Of a stretch of DNA of 49,154 nucleotides, positions 27,699-37,394 are shown piece by piece. The notes under the pieces are model-generated. The model ran no database searches, was not told the origin of the DNA, and was given only the letters and a program-made list of their open reading frames with translations. A program made the translations under genes and the position numbers. The DNA comes from Patescibacteria group bacterium. Lineage in GTDB: Bacteria > Patescibacteriota > Minisyncoccia > Phycocordibacterales > PALSA-1337. Each line of letters begins with the position of its first letter. Position 1 is the first letter of the stretch. The DNA lies in the NCBI GenBank assembly GCA_040387635.1, contig JAZKDJ010000001.1, positions 517,193-566,346 of the forward strand, given 5' to 3'.

Positions 27699-28811
27699 AT
27701 GAATAAACCTATAAAAATCGTAGTCTCAGTAGTAATTGCACTCCTTATAGTAGGAGGAATCTACTCAGCACAGCACACAAATCAGCAAGCAGAAGCAAAG
27801 CCTACAATTAAGATCGGTATACAATTGCCGCTTACAGGCGGAGTGGCTATGCTTGGCGAAAGCAGCAAAAAAGCTTTGGAGCTTGCTAAAGAGAATATAA
27901 AGAACACTAAATATAATTATGAGCTTGTATTCGAAGATGATCAATTTAAGCCCACTGTTGGAGCTTCGGTTGCGAACAAGCTTACTAATGTCGACGGTGC
28001 ATCAGTACTTCTTTCATTCGGATCACCGGTTGGAAATGTGGTAAGCGGATTTGCTGAGAAAGCAAAGATTCCTCATATCAACTTCTTTGCCTCTGATTCG
28101 CGTGTAGCTGATGGAGATTATAACTTCGTGCACTACACGCCTCCTTATGAAGACTCAAAAGTTTTCATTGCGGAGATGAATAGAAGGGGAATTAAAACGT
28201 TGGCATTCTTTGGTCAGTATGATAACCCTGGAGTTGCTGCAATCATAAACGCCTTTGAGAAGGACATTGTGAGTACAGATATCAAGGTCCTTACGACGCA
28301 GAAGTTCACGACTGGAACAAGGGATTTCAGAACACTCATAAGTAATGCTCGAAAACTTAATCCTGAAATATACGTTATCGAGGGAAGTAGTCCTGAGATT
28401 GAAATTCTCACAAAGCAGCTTCGAGACGCTGGCGTGCAGACTCCAGTTACCTCAATTGAGGCATTCGAGTTCTCAGATGAACTCTCACTGTTTGAAGGTA
28501 TGTGGTATGTGAATGCTGCGGATCCTGAATCGTGGTTTCTCGATATGTACAAAGCAAAGTATAACGAGACACCAAAGTTCGGTGCAGCAAATGGATACGA
28601 CGCTGTAAACATAATCGTACAAGCAGTGGAAAGCATTGGTGATGGAAAAACAATTCCAACGAGAGATGAGATACGACAGGCGCTTTCAAACATTAAAAGC
28701 TTTGATGGAGCCCTCGGTAAAAATCTAAGCGTGGATAGTAATGGTCAGGTGATTTCCAAAGCAATTGTAAGAATGGTTAAGGATGGAAAGCCCGTAACTA
28801 TTAGTCAGTAA
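27699..28811 (+). CDS. second LivJ/K-type substrate-binding protein
   Basis: TM anchor, IKIGIQLPLTG, FEDD, DFRT, GYDAV and FDGALG. Confidence 0.9.
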   Translation: MNKPIKIVVSVVIALLIVGGIYSAQHTNQQAEAKPTIKIGIQLPLTGGVAMLGESSKKALELAKENIKNTKYNYELVFEDDQFKPTVGASVANKLTNVDGASVLLSFGSPVGNVVSGFAEKAKIPHINFFASDSRVADGDYNFVHYTPPYEDSKVFIAEMNRRGIKTLAFFGQYDNPGVAAIINAFEKDIVSTDIKVLTTQKFTTGTRDFRTLISNARKLNPEIYVIEGSSPEIEILTKQLRDAGVQTPVTSIEAFEFSDELSLFEGMWYVNAADPESWFLDMYKAKYNETPKFGAANGYDAVNIIVQAVESIGDGKTIPTRDEIRQALSNIKSFDGALGKNLSVDSNGQVISKAIVRMVKDGKPVTISQ

Positions 28812-28819
28812 AAGAAAAA

Positions 28820-28856
28820 CAAAACAGCGCAAGGCCGAAGGCCTTGCGCTGTTTTG
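28820..28856. terminator. bidirectional intrinsic terminator
   Basis: CAAAACAGCGCAAGGCC-GAA-GGCCTTGCGCTGTTTTG (17-bp perfect stem). Confidence 0.9.
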
Positions 28857-28886
28857 CTAATTTCGCATGAGTACATATGTACTCAT

Positions 28887-29732
28887 TTAATCCTCCAGTT
28901 CATCCAATTCCTCATTCAGCCGATCAATTCTTTGCTGTATTGCCCGAATATGGGATTCAAGAGATTCTATCTGTCGCAAGATAACCTGTCGCTTTCGGTT
29001 GTCTCGGTCTCCTCGAGGGGGAGTTGTTGTTCCATTTCCATTGTCGTCATCCTCTTCTACGAAGTTATAGACGTGTAGCATTACTTCTCCATTAGTGTCA
29101 TTTGCGAGGTTTAGTCTGACCCTGCCAAGGGATTCGTTTACTGAGACGAGGGCGTTTGCGTCAGTGTTTGCAGACACTGCATTTGGAGTGAATCTTACCG
29201 CTCCAAAACGACGACCTTCTCCGGCTTGAGTCTCAGTTATTTCGATGAGCTGGTTTCCATCTTGGATATCAATATCATCGATCACATAGTGTGACTGGTC
29301 GTAGCATGTGTCGGAACTTATGCCCCCAGTGCCGTCTATGTCAGTGTTGATGTCGTCCTCGCAAATTACATCCTGCATGAAGTCGGCGTCATCAAGATCA
29401 TAGTCCTGTCCTTGTGTGTTCTCAACATTGAAGTTGAACGTCGAGCGACTTGCAGATACTGAACCTGAAGTAGGTTCATCACCTGAGAGTCCTGTTACGG
29501 GACAGTTCGCTAAGACATTGGCGAATGCAGAGACTGCACTTCTGCCTTCTTCCAGATCTTCGAAATCACTTACGCTGTTAATATTTTCGTTACACTGATG
29601 TTTCGCAATGTGAATTGAAACACTGGATGTAGCGGTGGTTGTGGCTTGAGCATGGGCGCTTTGTGCTGAGGCGGCCAAGGCAAGACCAAAGATGAGCGCC
29701 GCGAAGGGCAGGGTGTAGAATGTTTTTTTCAT
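28887..29732 (-). CDS. secreted acidic protein with Cys pairs and C-terminal coiled coil
   Basis: Signal peptide MKKTF...AHA, D/N-rich body including DIDGTGGIS (EF-hand-like loop), and heptad C-terminus. Confidence 0.75.
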   Translation of the reverse strand: MKKTFYTLPFAALIFGLALAASAQSAHAQATTTATSSVSIHIAKHQCNENINSVSDFEDLEEGRSAVSAFANVLANCPVTGLSGDEPTSGSVSASRSTFNFNVENTQGQDYDLDDADFMQDVICEDDINTDIDGTGGISSDTCYDQSHYVIDDIDIQDGNQLIEITETQAGEGRRFGAVRFTPNAVSANTDANALVSVNESLGRVRLNLANDTNGEVMLHVYNFVEEDDDNGNGTTTPPRGDRDNRKRQVILRQIESLESHIRAIQQRIDRLNEELDELED

Positions 29733-29994
29733 AAGGTGATGTAGTAATAAAGTAATTTAATAATTACTCGACGGCGGCGAGGCGCCCGAGTGGCCGGGTT
29801 CGTCCGGCATTAGGACTGATAATTATTAATTAACTTGTAATGCTTCTAATGTGATTACTGTAATCGGTTTCTGTGAAGTTAAGGTTAAAATTTTAAGAAA
29901 ATTTACTTTATTAAAACTTCATCGAATCTTTATCTTCGTTTGATATCTTTATATCCGTTCGGGGTTTTAATAATCTAAAATCTAATCAAACTAT

Positions 29995-30141
29995 ATGGCA
30001 GAAGATGACATCAAAGAGGCTGAAGAAGAAGTTGAGGAAGCTAACCTAGACCTCGCTGAAGCCAAGGCTGAAGATGCAGAAGAAAAAGCCGAAGATGCCA
30101 AAGAGGAGGCTGAGGACGTCAGAGAAATGCTGGATAAATAA
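29995..30141 (+). CDS. 48-aa highly acidic helical microprotein (missed by the ORF track)
   Basis: MAEDDIKEAEEEVEEANLDLAEAKAEDAEEKAEDAKEEAEDVREMLDK. AT-rich leader typical of this genome; followed by a terminator. Confidence 0.75.
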   Translation: MAEDDIKEAEEEVEEANLDLAEAKAEDAEEKAEDAKEEAEDVREMLDK

Positions 30142-30167
30142 GCGCAAACAGATTTCTTTGTTTTTAA

Positions 30168-30195
30168 AAGAAACCGCTTTTGTGGCGGTTTCTTC
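30168..30195 (+). terminator. intrinsic terminator
   Basis: AAGAAACCGC-TTTTGTG-GCGGTTTCTT. Confidence 0.7.
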
Positions 30196-30226
30196 ATATC
30201 TGTTCAAAAAATGCTAAACTAACCTT

Positions 30227-31495
30227 ATGAATATTTCCCAAACGATATTACCTTCAGGTGCGAGAGTTATAACGGTACCTATGCAGGATAGCCCGGCTGT
30301 TACCGTGCTTGTGATGGTTGAGACTGGTTCTAAATATGAGACCAAAGAAACTAATGGTATTTCGCATTTCCTTGAGCATATGGTTTTTAAAGGAACAGAG
30401 AAGCGACCAACGTCTCTTGATATTTCCAAGGAGCTCGATAGTCTCGGTGCCCACGCTAATGCATTTACAGGACAAGAATATACGGGCTATTACGCCAAGG
30501 TAACCAAAGAGCATGCTTACACTGCTTTGGATATTGTCTCTGATGTTTTCCTCAATCCATTGTTTAATCCAAAAGAAATTGAGAAGGAGAAGGGAGTTAT
30601 TATCGAAGAGCTTCGTATGTACAAAGATATGCCACGCCAGCATGTACATGACGTTTTTGGTGAGCTTCTCTATGGCGATCAGCCTGCAGGATGGAATGTT
30701 ATTGGTACTGAAGATACGATAAAATCTTTCTCAAGAAAACATTTCATTGATTATCAAAAGGAGCATTATGTCGGTAAGGCTACAACTATTGTCGTTGCGG
30801 GTTCATTCGACGAGAACGATATGAAAACGAAGGTTGCTGAGATTTTCTCTAAGATTCCTGCGACAGAAAAAAGCCAGAAGCTCCCAGTCAAAGAAAGCCA
30901 GGACGAACCGAAGGTAAAGATTGAGTACAAGGAAACTGACCAGACACATCTCGTGCTTGGTGTTCGTGCTCCTTCGAGCAGAAGCAAGGACGCTCCCACA
31001 TTTCGAGTGCTCTCAGCTATTCTTGGTGGAGGTATGAGCTCAAGGCTCTTCCAAAAGCTCCGTGAAGAAATGGGTGTCTGCTATTACGTTGGCAGTGACT
31101 ACGATGGTTCTACAGATCATGGTTCGTTTATTGTCTCTGCTGGCGTTGATTCAAAGCGAGTTCAAGAAGTTATAAACGTACTGCTTGAGGAGATAAAGAA
31201 AATCTCAACTGAGCCTATCCCTGCGGCTGAGCTCGCTATGGCCAAGGATTATCTAATCGGCAATACGCTGTTGGCACTTGAGACATCGGATGCTGTTGCT
31301 CATTTCTGTGCAGTTCAGCAGATAGTTCGGGGAGAAATAAAAACACCTGACCAGTTGGCGAATGATTTGAAGAAAGTTACAGCTGAAGATATTTCCAGAG
31401 TGGCAAAGGAGATCTTTGTCACCAAGCATCTCAATCTCGCGATGATTGGAAAATTCAAGGACGAAGGGGAGTTTAAGGGTATTTTGAAATTCTAA
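30227..31495 (+). CDS. M16 family zinc peptidase (pitrilysin/processing protease)
   Basis: Inverted zinc motif HFLEH, NAFT, EKEKGVIIEE and LGGGMSSRLFQKLRE. Confidence 0.95.
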   Translation: MNISQTILPSGARVITVPMQDSPAVTVLVMVETGSKYETKETNGISHFLEHMVFKGTEKRPTSLDISKELDSLGAHANAFTGQEYTGYYAKVTKEHAYTALDIVSDVFLNPLFNPKEIEKEKGVIIEELRMYKDMPRQHVHDVFGELLYGDQPAGWNVIGTEDTIKSFSRKHFIDYQKEHYVGKATTIVVAGSFDENDMKTKVAEIFSKIPATEKSQKLPVKESQDEPKVKIEYKETDQTHLVLGVRAPSSRSKDAPTFRVLSAILGGGMSSRLFQKLREEMGVCYYVGSDYDGSTDHGSFIVSAGVDSKRVQEVINVLLEEIKKISTEPIPAAELAMAKDYLIGNTLLALETSDAVAHFCAVQQIVRGEIKTPDQLANDLKKVTAEDISRVAKEIFVTKHLNLAMIGKFKDEGEFKGILKF

Positions 31496-31565
31496 ATCTA
31501 GAAAAAGAAGTTTAGTAGTTTTTTATCCTTAATTTACTTCTCATCTCTTATGCTATGATTGTGAT

Positions 31566-32633
31566 ATGAAAGAGGGCAAAGATGTCACAATAAGCATAAC
31601 CACAGGAACGATAGTCAGAGGTGTGATGTTTATTGTGTGTCTTCTCCTCCTGTTTTATATCCGAGATATCGTGCTCGTGATCCTGGCAGCTATTGTGCTC
31701 GCGTCGTCAGTGGAGCCTGCGACAAAGTGGTTTGCAAGATGGAAGATACGGAGACTTCCTGCGGTAATTCTCATTTATATTATTTTAGGTCTGTTGTTTG
31801 CAGGCTTTCTTCTGTTCTTCCTGCCGTCTCTCCTCAATGAAATGATTGTGTATCTAAGTAGTTTGCCTCAGAACTTAAGTCTTAATGATCTTTGGAACCC
31901 TATTCAAGAAAGTGGTCTATGGGGATTCGGTAATGCGGTTAACTTGCCAGGAGGAGATCTTCCAATCAAAGAGATTGCTGACGGAGCAAAGTCGTTTATT
32001 GCAGACACTCAGGGTGGAGCAATTAGGACAGCGAGCATTATCTTCGGTGGAGCTCTCAGCTTCATCCTCATTATGGTTCTCTCATTCTATCTCGCAGTGC
32101 AGGAGGATGGTGTTGCTGACTTCTTGAGAATCGTTACGCCGGTCAAGAAGCATGAGTATGTTATCGGACTATGGAAGAGAACTCAGCTTAAGATCGGTTA
32201 TTGGATGCAGGGACAGCTTCTCTTGGGTCTTATTGTTGGTGTACTCGTGTATTTGGGTCTACTTATATTCGGAGTTGAACACGCCTTGCTTCTCGCGTCG
32301 CTAGCTGCGATGTTCGAAATCATTCCGCTCTTCGGACCTGTACTCGCTGCTATCCCAGCCGTAATTATTGCAACTGTGGATGGGGGAGTTACTATTGGTC
32401 TCCTTGTTGCAGGTTGGTACATCATCATTCAGCAGTTTGAGAACCATCTCCTATATCCGCTCGTGGTGAAGAAGATTGTTGGTATCTCTCCAATCCTTGT
32501 TATCCTTGCCCTTGTTATTGGAGCTAAGCTCGCTGGTTTCCTTGGAGCCCTCCTAGCCGTGCCTATTGCAGCAGCGCTTCGTGAATACATATCAGACGTA
32601 GAGAAAAACAAGCACGCTGTATCCATGCGGTAG
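31566..32633 (+). CDS. AI-2E family transporter (PerM-like)
   Basis: Multi-TM protein with GQL, EIIPLFGP, QQFENHLLYP and GFLGALLAVP. Confidence 0.92.
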   Translation: MKEGKDVTISITTGTIVRGVMFIVCLLLLFYIRDIVLVILAAIVLASSVEPATKWFARWKIRRLPAVILIYIILGLLFAGFLLFFLPSLLNEMIVYLSSLPQNLSLNDLWNPIQESGLWGFGNAVNLPGGDLPIKEIADGAKSFIADTQGGAIRTASIIFGGALSFILIMVLSFYLAVQEDGVADFLRIVTPVKKHEYVIGLWKRTQLKIGYWMQGQLLLGLIVGVLVYLGLLIFGVEHALLLASLAAMFEIIPLFGPVLAAIPAVIIATVDGGVTIGLLVAGWYIIIQQFENHLLYPLVVKKIVGISPILVILALVIGAKLAGFLGALLAVPIAAALREYISDVEKNKHAVSMR

Positions 32634-32705
32634 GTGCTTTTTTGTTGCTTGCCTGGTGTTTGCCTAATACTTGATAGAATCACAATTTAGGGTAGTCTTA
32701 ATGTA

Positions 32706-34190
32706 ATGAAATTTTATATAACCTCAACACTTCCGTATGTTAACGCAGAGCCTCATATTGGTTTTGCTATGGAACTCATACGCACGGATATTATCGCCCG
32801 ATACAAGAAAATGCTTGGGTATGAGGTTTTTCTCAACACAGGAACAGACGAGCACGGTCAGAAAATTTTCGATGCTGCCAAAGCTAAAGGCATTGAGCCA
32901 AAGGAATTGGTAGATGGATTGGCTGACAGGTATGAAGAATTGAAAAAAGCTCTCAATATTTGTGATGCTGTTCACTCTATTCGAACTTCTGATAAGCGAC
33001 ATGTGACAGCGGCGCAAGAATTCTGGAAGCGATGCGATAAGGCAGGATATATCTACAAGAAGCATTATGCTTCGAAGTACTGCGTCGGATGCGAGCTTAA
33101 CAAAACTGATTCAGAGCTTGAGAACGGCAAGTGTCCAATCCATCCCAATCTCGATATTCAGATAATTGAGGAAGAGAACTATTTTTTCAAGTTCAGCGAA
33201 TTCCAGAAGCCTTTGCTTGATTTGTACAAAGCTCGTCCTGATTTTGTTGTTCCTGATTTTAGATTTAATGAAATCAAAGCCTTTGTTGAACGAGGTCTCG
33301 ATGACTTTAGTATTTCAAGACTACGAAGTAAGATGCCATGGGGAGTTCCTGTTCCAAGCGATGACGACCATGTCATGTACGTTTGGTTTGATGCGCTCAC
33401 AAGCTATATATCAACGTTAGGTTGGCCATCAGATGAGAAATCTTTTGACGAATGGTGGGTGAAAACTGGCGGTGTCGTACAGTATTGCGGCAAGGATAAC
33501 CTTCGACAGCAGGCTGCTATCTGGCAGGCAATGCTCATTGCGGCAGGTCTTCCAAACTCCAAGCAGATTGTCATTAACGGCTTCATAACAGGTGAAGGAG
33601 GTCTTAAGATGTCCAAGAGCCTCGGCAACGTGGTTTCTCCTTTTGACGTGATCAAAGAATACAATACTGAGACGCTTCGATACTATGTGGCACGCGAGCT
33701 CCATCCTTTTGAGGATAGCCCGTTCAGCGCAGAGCTTCTCAAGAACGCATACAACTCTGCTCTCGCCAATGGTATCGGTAACCTCCTTAGTCGTGTAATG
33801 AAAATGGCAGAAACAAATGGAGTTACGATTGATCCTGCAATCGACGGCACTGTTGAGGATCTTATCCAAGCTACGAAGAAATGCATTATTGATCCTGAAT
33901 GTGATCACGAATATGTTAGAGCTATGGAAAAGTACGATATCAAATCAGCTTGCGATATCATTTGGCAGAAGATTGCTCTTGCCGACAAACGCATTCAATC
34001 TGAACAGCCGTTCAAACTAGTGAAGACCGATCCTGCACGAGGCAAGATGATTATTAGTGATCTTATGAAGGAGCTTCTTACTGTCTCAGTTTGGCTTGAA
34101 CCAATATTACCTGTGACATCAGCGGCTATTCAAGAATGCCTTAAGAGTGGAAGTGTACCTAAGGCGGTGTTGTTTGGTCGCAAAGACTAA
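32706..34190 (+). CDS. metG: methionine--tRNA ligase (short monomeric form)
   Basis: YVNAEPHIG, GTDEHGQKI, YVWFDAL and KMSKSLGN. Confidence 0.97.
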   Translation: MKFYITSTLPYVNAEPHIGFAMELIRTDIIARYKKMLGYEVFLNTGTDEHGQKIFDAAKAKGIEPKELVDGLADRYEELKKALNICDAVHSIRTSDKRHVTAAQEFWKRCDKAGYIYKKHYASKYCVGCELNKTDSELENGKCPIHPNLDIQIIEEENYFFKFSEFQKPLLDLYKARPDFVVPDFRFNEIKAFVERGLDDFSISRLRSKMPWGVPVPSDDDHVMYVWFDALTSYISTLGWPSDEKSFDEWWVKTGGVVQYCGKDNLRQQAAIWQAMLIAAGLPNSKQIVINGFITGEGGLKMSKSLGNVVSPFDVIKEYNTETLRYYVARELHPFEDSPFSAELLKNAYNSALANGIGNLLSRVMKMAETNGVTIDPAIDGTVEDLIQATKKCIIDPECDHEYVRAMEKYDIKSACDIIWQKIALADKRIQSEQPFKLVKTDPARGKMIISDLMKELLTVSVWLEPILPVTSAAIQECLKSGSVPKAVLFGRKD

Positions 34191-34522
34191 TGGAACAGAA
34201 GACTCTAAAATTTAGAAACAATCTTGCTGACTTAGTCACTAAGGGAGAGAAGACTACTACGTGGAGACTTTTTGATGATAAAGATTTGAAAGAAGGAGAC
34301 ACAGTGTCCCTTCTTCGATGGGACACTAAAGAAAAGTTCGGAGAGGCTAAAATTTTAAAAGTCTGGGAAAAAACAATGGGTACATTAGAAGACTCAGATT
34401 TTGACGGACATGAAAAATTTGAGACCCAAGAAGAGATGTATGCTACATACAAGAAATATTATGGCGAAAGAGTAAATGAAAATTCTCCAGTCAAAATTAT
34501 TCAATTTAAAGTCTTAAATTAA
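34190..34522 (+). CDS. ASCH domain protein
   Basis: L-x-F...GEKTTTWR (GxKxxTxR ASCH motif) and GD-x-V. Overlaps the metG stop (TAATG). Confidence 0.85.
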   Translation: MEQKTLKFRNNLADLVTKGEKTTTWRLFDDKDLKEGDTVSLLRWDTKEKFGEAKILKVWEKTMGTLEDSDFDGHEKFETQEEMYATYKKYYGERVNENSPVKIIQFKVLN

Positions 34523-34528
34523 TTTTAT

Positions 34529-35110
34529 ATGTCACCACACAAAGGCAAAAGACTTTTTATAACAGGCATTCCTACATCAGGAAAATCTTATCTAGCGAAG
34601 AAGCTTGCGGCAGAAGTTGGAGGCGATGCTATTTTGCTCGATGATTACAGGGAAGTGATATCATCCGATGAGAGATATGGGAAATGGGTCACATTATTTT
34701 GGGATCAGGATGAGAAGACATATCTAACAACCACAAGTCCAGAAAAGGATTGGGCTAATATTGTTGCTCAATCAGAAGGAATATGGCCTGCATTTTTGGA
34801 GAAAATTGATTCGTATAAGGATGAAACAAAGCCGATCATTTTTGAATGCGTAAACATTTTACCTCACTTAGCTAAGCGAGATTTGTATTTCCCTGGAATT
34901 GCTCTCATTGGCTCATCGTATGAGGATACATTGGCAAGGAACAAAAAAGAGCCTCGATGGGGTAAAACTGAAGAGCTGCAGGTGCTCGAAGCAAAACTTT
35001 TCTTTGAAATGGAGCGGCCTTACTACAAAGCTGAAGCTGAAAAGTATGGATATCCTGTGTTTGAAAAGGCGGATGATGCTTTCGAAGATGCGCTAAAGCT
35101 ACTACAATAA
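34529..35110 (+). CDS. P-loop kinase (nucleotide/nucleoside kinase-like)
   Basis: Walker A ITGIPTSGKS, then LDD, IIFE and RNKKEPRW lid. Confidence 0.75.
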   Translation: MSPHKGKRLFITGIPTSGKSYLAKKLAAEVGGDAILLDDYREVISSDERYGKWVTLFWDQDEKTYLTTTSPEKDWANIVAQSEGIWPAFLEKIDSYKDETKPIIFECVNILPHLAKRDLYFPGIALIGSSYEDTLARNKKEPRWGKTEELQVLEAKLFFEMERPYYKAEAEKYGYPVFEKADDAFEDALKLLQ

Positions 35111-35114
35111 GATT

Positions 35115-35933
35115 ATGACCCCTCTATATATAGACAACCACTGCCATTTAAACTTCGATGATTACGATGCTGATCGTGAGGCTGTTATCGCTCGAATGAA
35201 AGAGCAGGGTGTCGGAGCTATTGTTGTGGGTGTAGACAGGAAATCATCTGAAGAAGTTGTTGCCCTCGCGGAGAAACATGACAACTTGTATGCGATTGTT
35301 GGATTGCATCCTATCTACGCTGGAGGTTATGCAGGCAGGGAGGCATTTGATTATGACTTTTATAAAAATCTCATTCAAAGCAACAAGAAGGTTGTTGGAA
35401 TTGGCGAATGCGGATTTGATTATGCTTCTATGGATCCTGAGGATCACCGCTTGCAGGATGTGGCGTTCCGAGGTCAGGTAAAACTGGCGAATGAACTTGG
35501 TAAGCCTCTCATGCTCCATCTGCGCAATAATAGGGACGGAGATCTGAGTAAAAATGCGTACAATGACGCACTAGCTATTCTCAAGACAGAATCTAAGGTC
35601 CCAGGAGAAGCACATTTCTTTGCGGGAACCCTGCCTCAGGCTACAGATTTTCTTGGTCTCGGATACTATATTTCATTTACGGGAGTTGTGACATTTGTTG
35701 ATGCTTACAATGATCTCGTTAGATATATTCCTGAGGATAGGCTTCTCTCTGAGACGGACGCTCCATATGTTGCGCCTGTTCCACATCGAGGTAAACGCTG
35801 TGAGCCTCAGTTTGTCATTGAAACAGTGAAAGAAATGGCGGAAATAAGGGGGATTGCAGATAATGAGGCTGATAGGAGGGCTTTCTTTAATAAGCTCGTA
35901 GAAAATTCACGAAAACTGTACGGAATATTTTAA
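35115..35933 (+). CDS. tatD: TatD-family nuclease
   Basis: DNHCHL, GLHP, IGECGFD, LH-x-R, H-x-F and ETDAPY. Confidence 0.95.
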   Translation: MTPLYIDNHCHLNFDDYDADREAVIARMKEQGVGAIVVGVDRKSSEEVVALAEKHDNLYAIVGLHPIYAGGYAGREAFDYDFYKNLIQSNKKVVGIGECGFDYASMDPEDHRLQDVAFRGQVKLANELGKPLMLHLRNNRDGDLSKNAYNDALAILKTESKVPGEAHFFAGTLPQATDFLGLGYYISFTGVVTFVDAYNDLVRYIPEDRLLSETDAPYVAPVPHRGKRCEPQFVIETVKEMAEIRGIADNEADRRAFFNKLVENSRKLYGIF

Positions 35934-36114
35934 TGTTTCTTTAGTTTTTCTTCATATGTAAAGCCGTATCATAAGGGTACGGAACAGGGTTTGCAGAGTC
36001 TGTTTCAGTATGATAGTGTCTAAGCACGTGCACTTTATTAACTTGTAAGCATGAACAGTCTGGGCTTGCACGGCCCCGCTCCGCTTCGACGCGGATTACT
36101 GCTCATCAAAGAAT

Positions 36115-36591
36115 ATGTCATCAGACACTATCAAGAATGATGAACTACGAATATACGAGGTAGGCTACCTCTTCGTACCATCAGTTCCCCAGGAAAGAAT
36201 CGGGGAAGAAATTGCTGCTCTCACAGAGCAAATTACTAACAAAGGAGCTTCGATACTAGCCCACGAAGATCCAGAACTACGACCGCTCGCATATACAATT
36301 CTCAAGAAGGTTGGCGCGGTAAACGAGAGATTCAACCAGGCATACTTTGGTTGGGTGAAGTTCGAAATGGAACCTGCGCAGATCGACGCCATCAAGAAGT
36401 GGATGGACGAGAACTCAAACGTTCTCCGATATCTTCTTACGACAACTGTTCGTGAGAATACATATCTAGGCAAGAAGTCATCTCCAGTCATTGCTAAGGA
36501 AGAGGCTGTAGAGGCAGTTGCTGAAGCTCCAAAGGTTGAGGCTGCAGTAGAAGGGGATAAGGTCATTGAGGATACTGCAAAAAGCGCGTAG
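36115..36591 (+). CDS. rpsF: 30S ribosomal protein S6
   Basis: YEVGYL, LAYTI and VLRYL; rpsF-ssb-rpsR gene order. Confidence 0.9.
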   Translation: MSSDTIKNDELRIYEVGYLFVPSVPQERIGEEIAALTEQITNKGASILAHEDPELRPLAYTILKKVGAVNERFNQAYFGWVKFEMEPAQIDAIKKWMDENSNVLRYLLTTTVRENTYLGKKSSPVIAKEEAVEAVAEAPKVEAAVEGDKVIEDTAKSA

Positions 36592-36619
36592 TATTTAATT
36601 AAGCCTAATACTAATCAAC

Positions 36620-37120
36620 ATGTATCTCAACAAAGCATTCGTCATCGGAAACCTCACGAGAGACCCTGAATTGAAGGCGCTCCCGTCCGGAATCAAGGTT
36701 TGTACGCTTTCACTAGCGACTAATCGGGTTTGGAAGGATAAGAACGGAGCTCGCCAGGAATCAGCTGACTATCACAATGTGGTGGTCTTCGGAAAGCAGG
36801 CAGAGACAGCCGCTCAGTACCTCAAGAAAGGCTCAGGAGCGATGGTGGAAGGAAGGATGCAGACTCGGTCATGGGACGGAGCCGACGGTCAGAAGCGATA
36901 CAGGACAGAGATCGTAGCGGACAGAATACAGTTCGGCAATCGACCCCAAGGAAATCAGGGAGGAGCCGCCGGAGCAGCAAGCGGAGCAGGAGCTGCTTCA
37001 AAGGGAAGTAAGACATCAAAGGATGAATTTGCTGACGAACCTGCAGGAATGCCAGACGCAAAGGGTGACGCGATCGAATACCCTGAAGAAGAGATCAATC
37101 CTGAAGAGATACCATTCTAA
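36620..37120 (+). CDS. ssb: single-stranded DNA-binding protein
   Basis: NKAFVIGNLTRDPE, VEGRMQTRSW and acidic tail ending EEIPF. Confidence 0.98.
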   Translation: MYLNKAFVIGNLTRDPELKALPSGIKVCTLSLATNRVWKDKNGARQESADYHNVVVFGKQAETAAQYLKKGSGAMVEGRMQTRSWDGADGQKRYRTEIVADRIQFGNRPQGNQGGAAGAASGAGAASKGSKTSKDEFADEPAGMPDAKGDAIEYPEEEINPEEIPF

Positions 37121-37137
37121 CAACTATAAGCAAACGT

Positions 37138-37338
37138 ATGAAACAGTGTTTTTTCACTCAAAATAATATCAACTATATAGACTATAAGGATACGGAGATC
37201 CTGAAGAAATTCTTGAATCCCCACGGACGAATCGTTAGCCGAAAGCGAAGCGGTGTCTGTGCGCGAAGCCAGCGACAGCTTGCTCTAGCGGTAAAGCGAG
37301 CACGATTTATGGCACTATTGCCGTATATTGCTCGATAA
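37138..37338 (+). CDS. rpsR: 30S ribosomal protein S18
   Basis: IDYKD, GRIVSRKRSG and QRQLALAVKRARFMALLPY. Confidence 0.97.
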   Translation: MKQCFFTQNNINYIDYKDTEILKKFLNPHGRIVSRKRSGVCARSQRQLALAVKRARFMALLPYIAR

Positions 37339-37347
37339 ACAGTCAAC

Positions 37348-37377
37348 AAAAAACCAGCCTCATGAGGCTGGTTTTTT
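37348..37377. terminator. bidirectional terminator (30-bp perfect palindrome)
   Basis: AAAAAACCAGCCTCATGAGGCTGGTTTTTT between convergent rpsR and efp. Confidence 0.85.
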
Positions 37378-37394
37378 TGTTTTGCTACTTTTAT

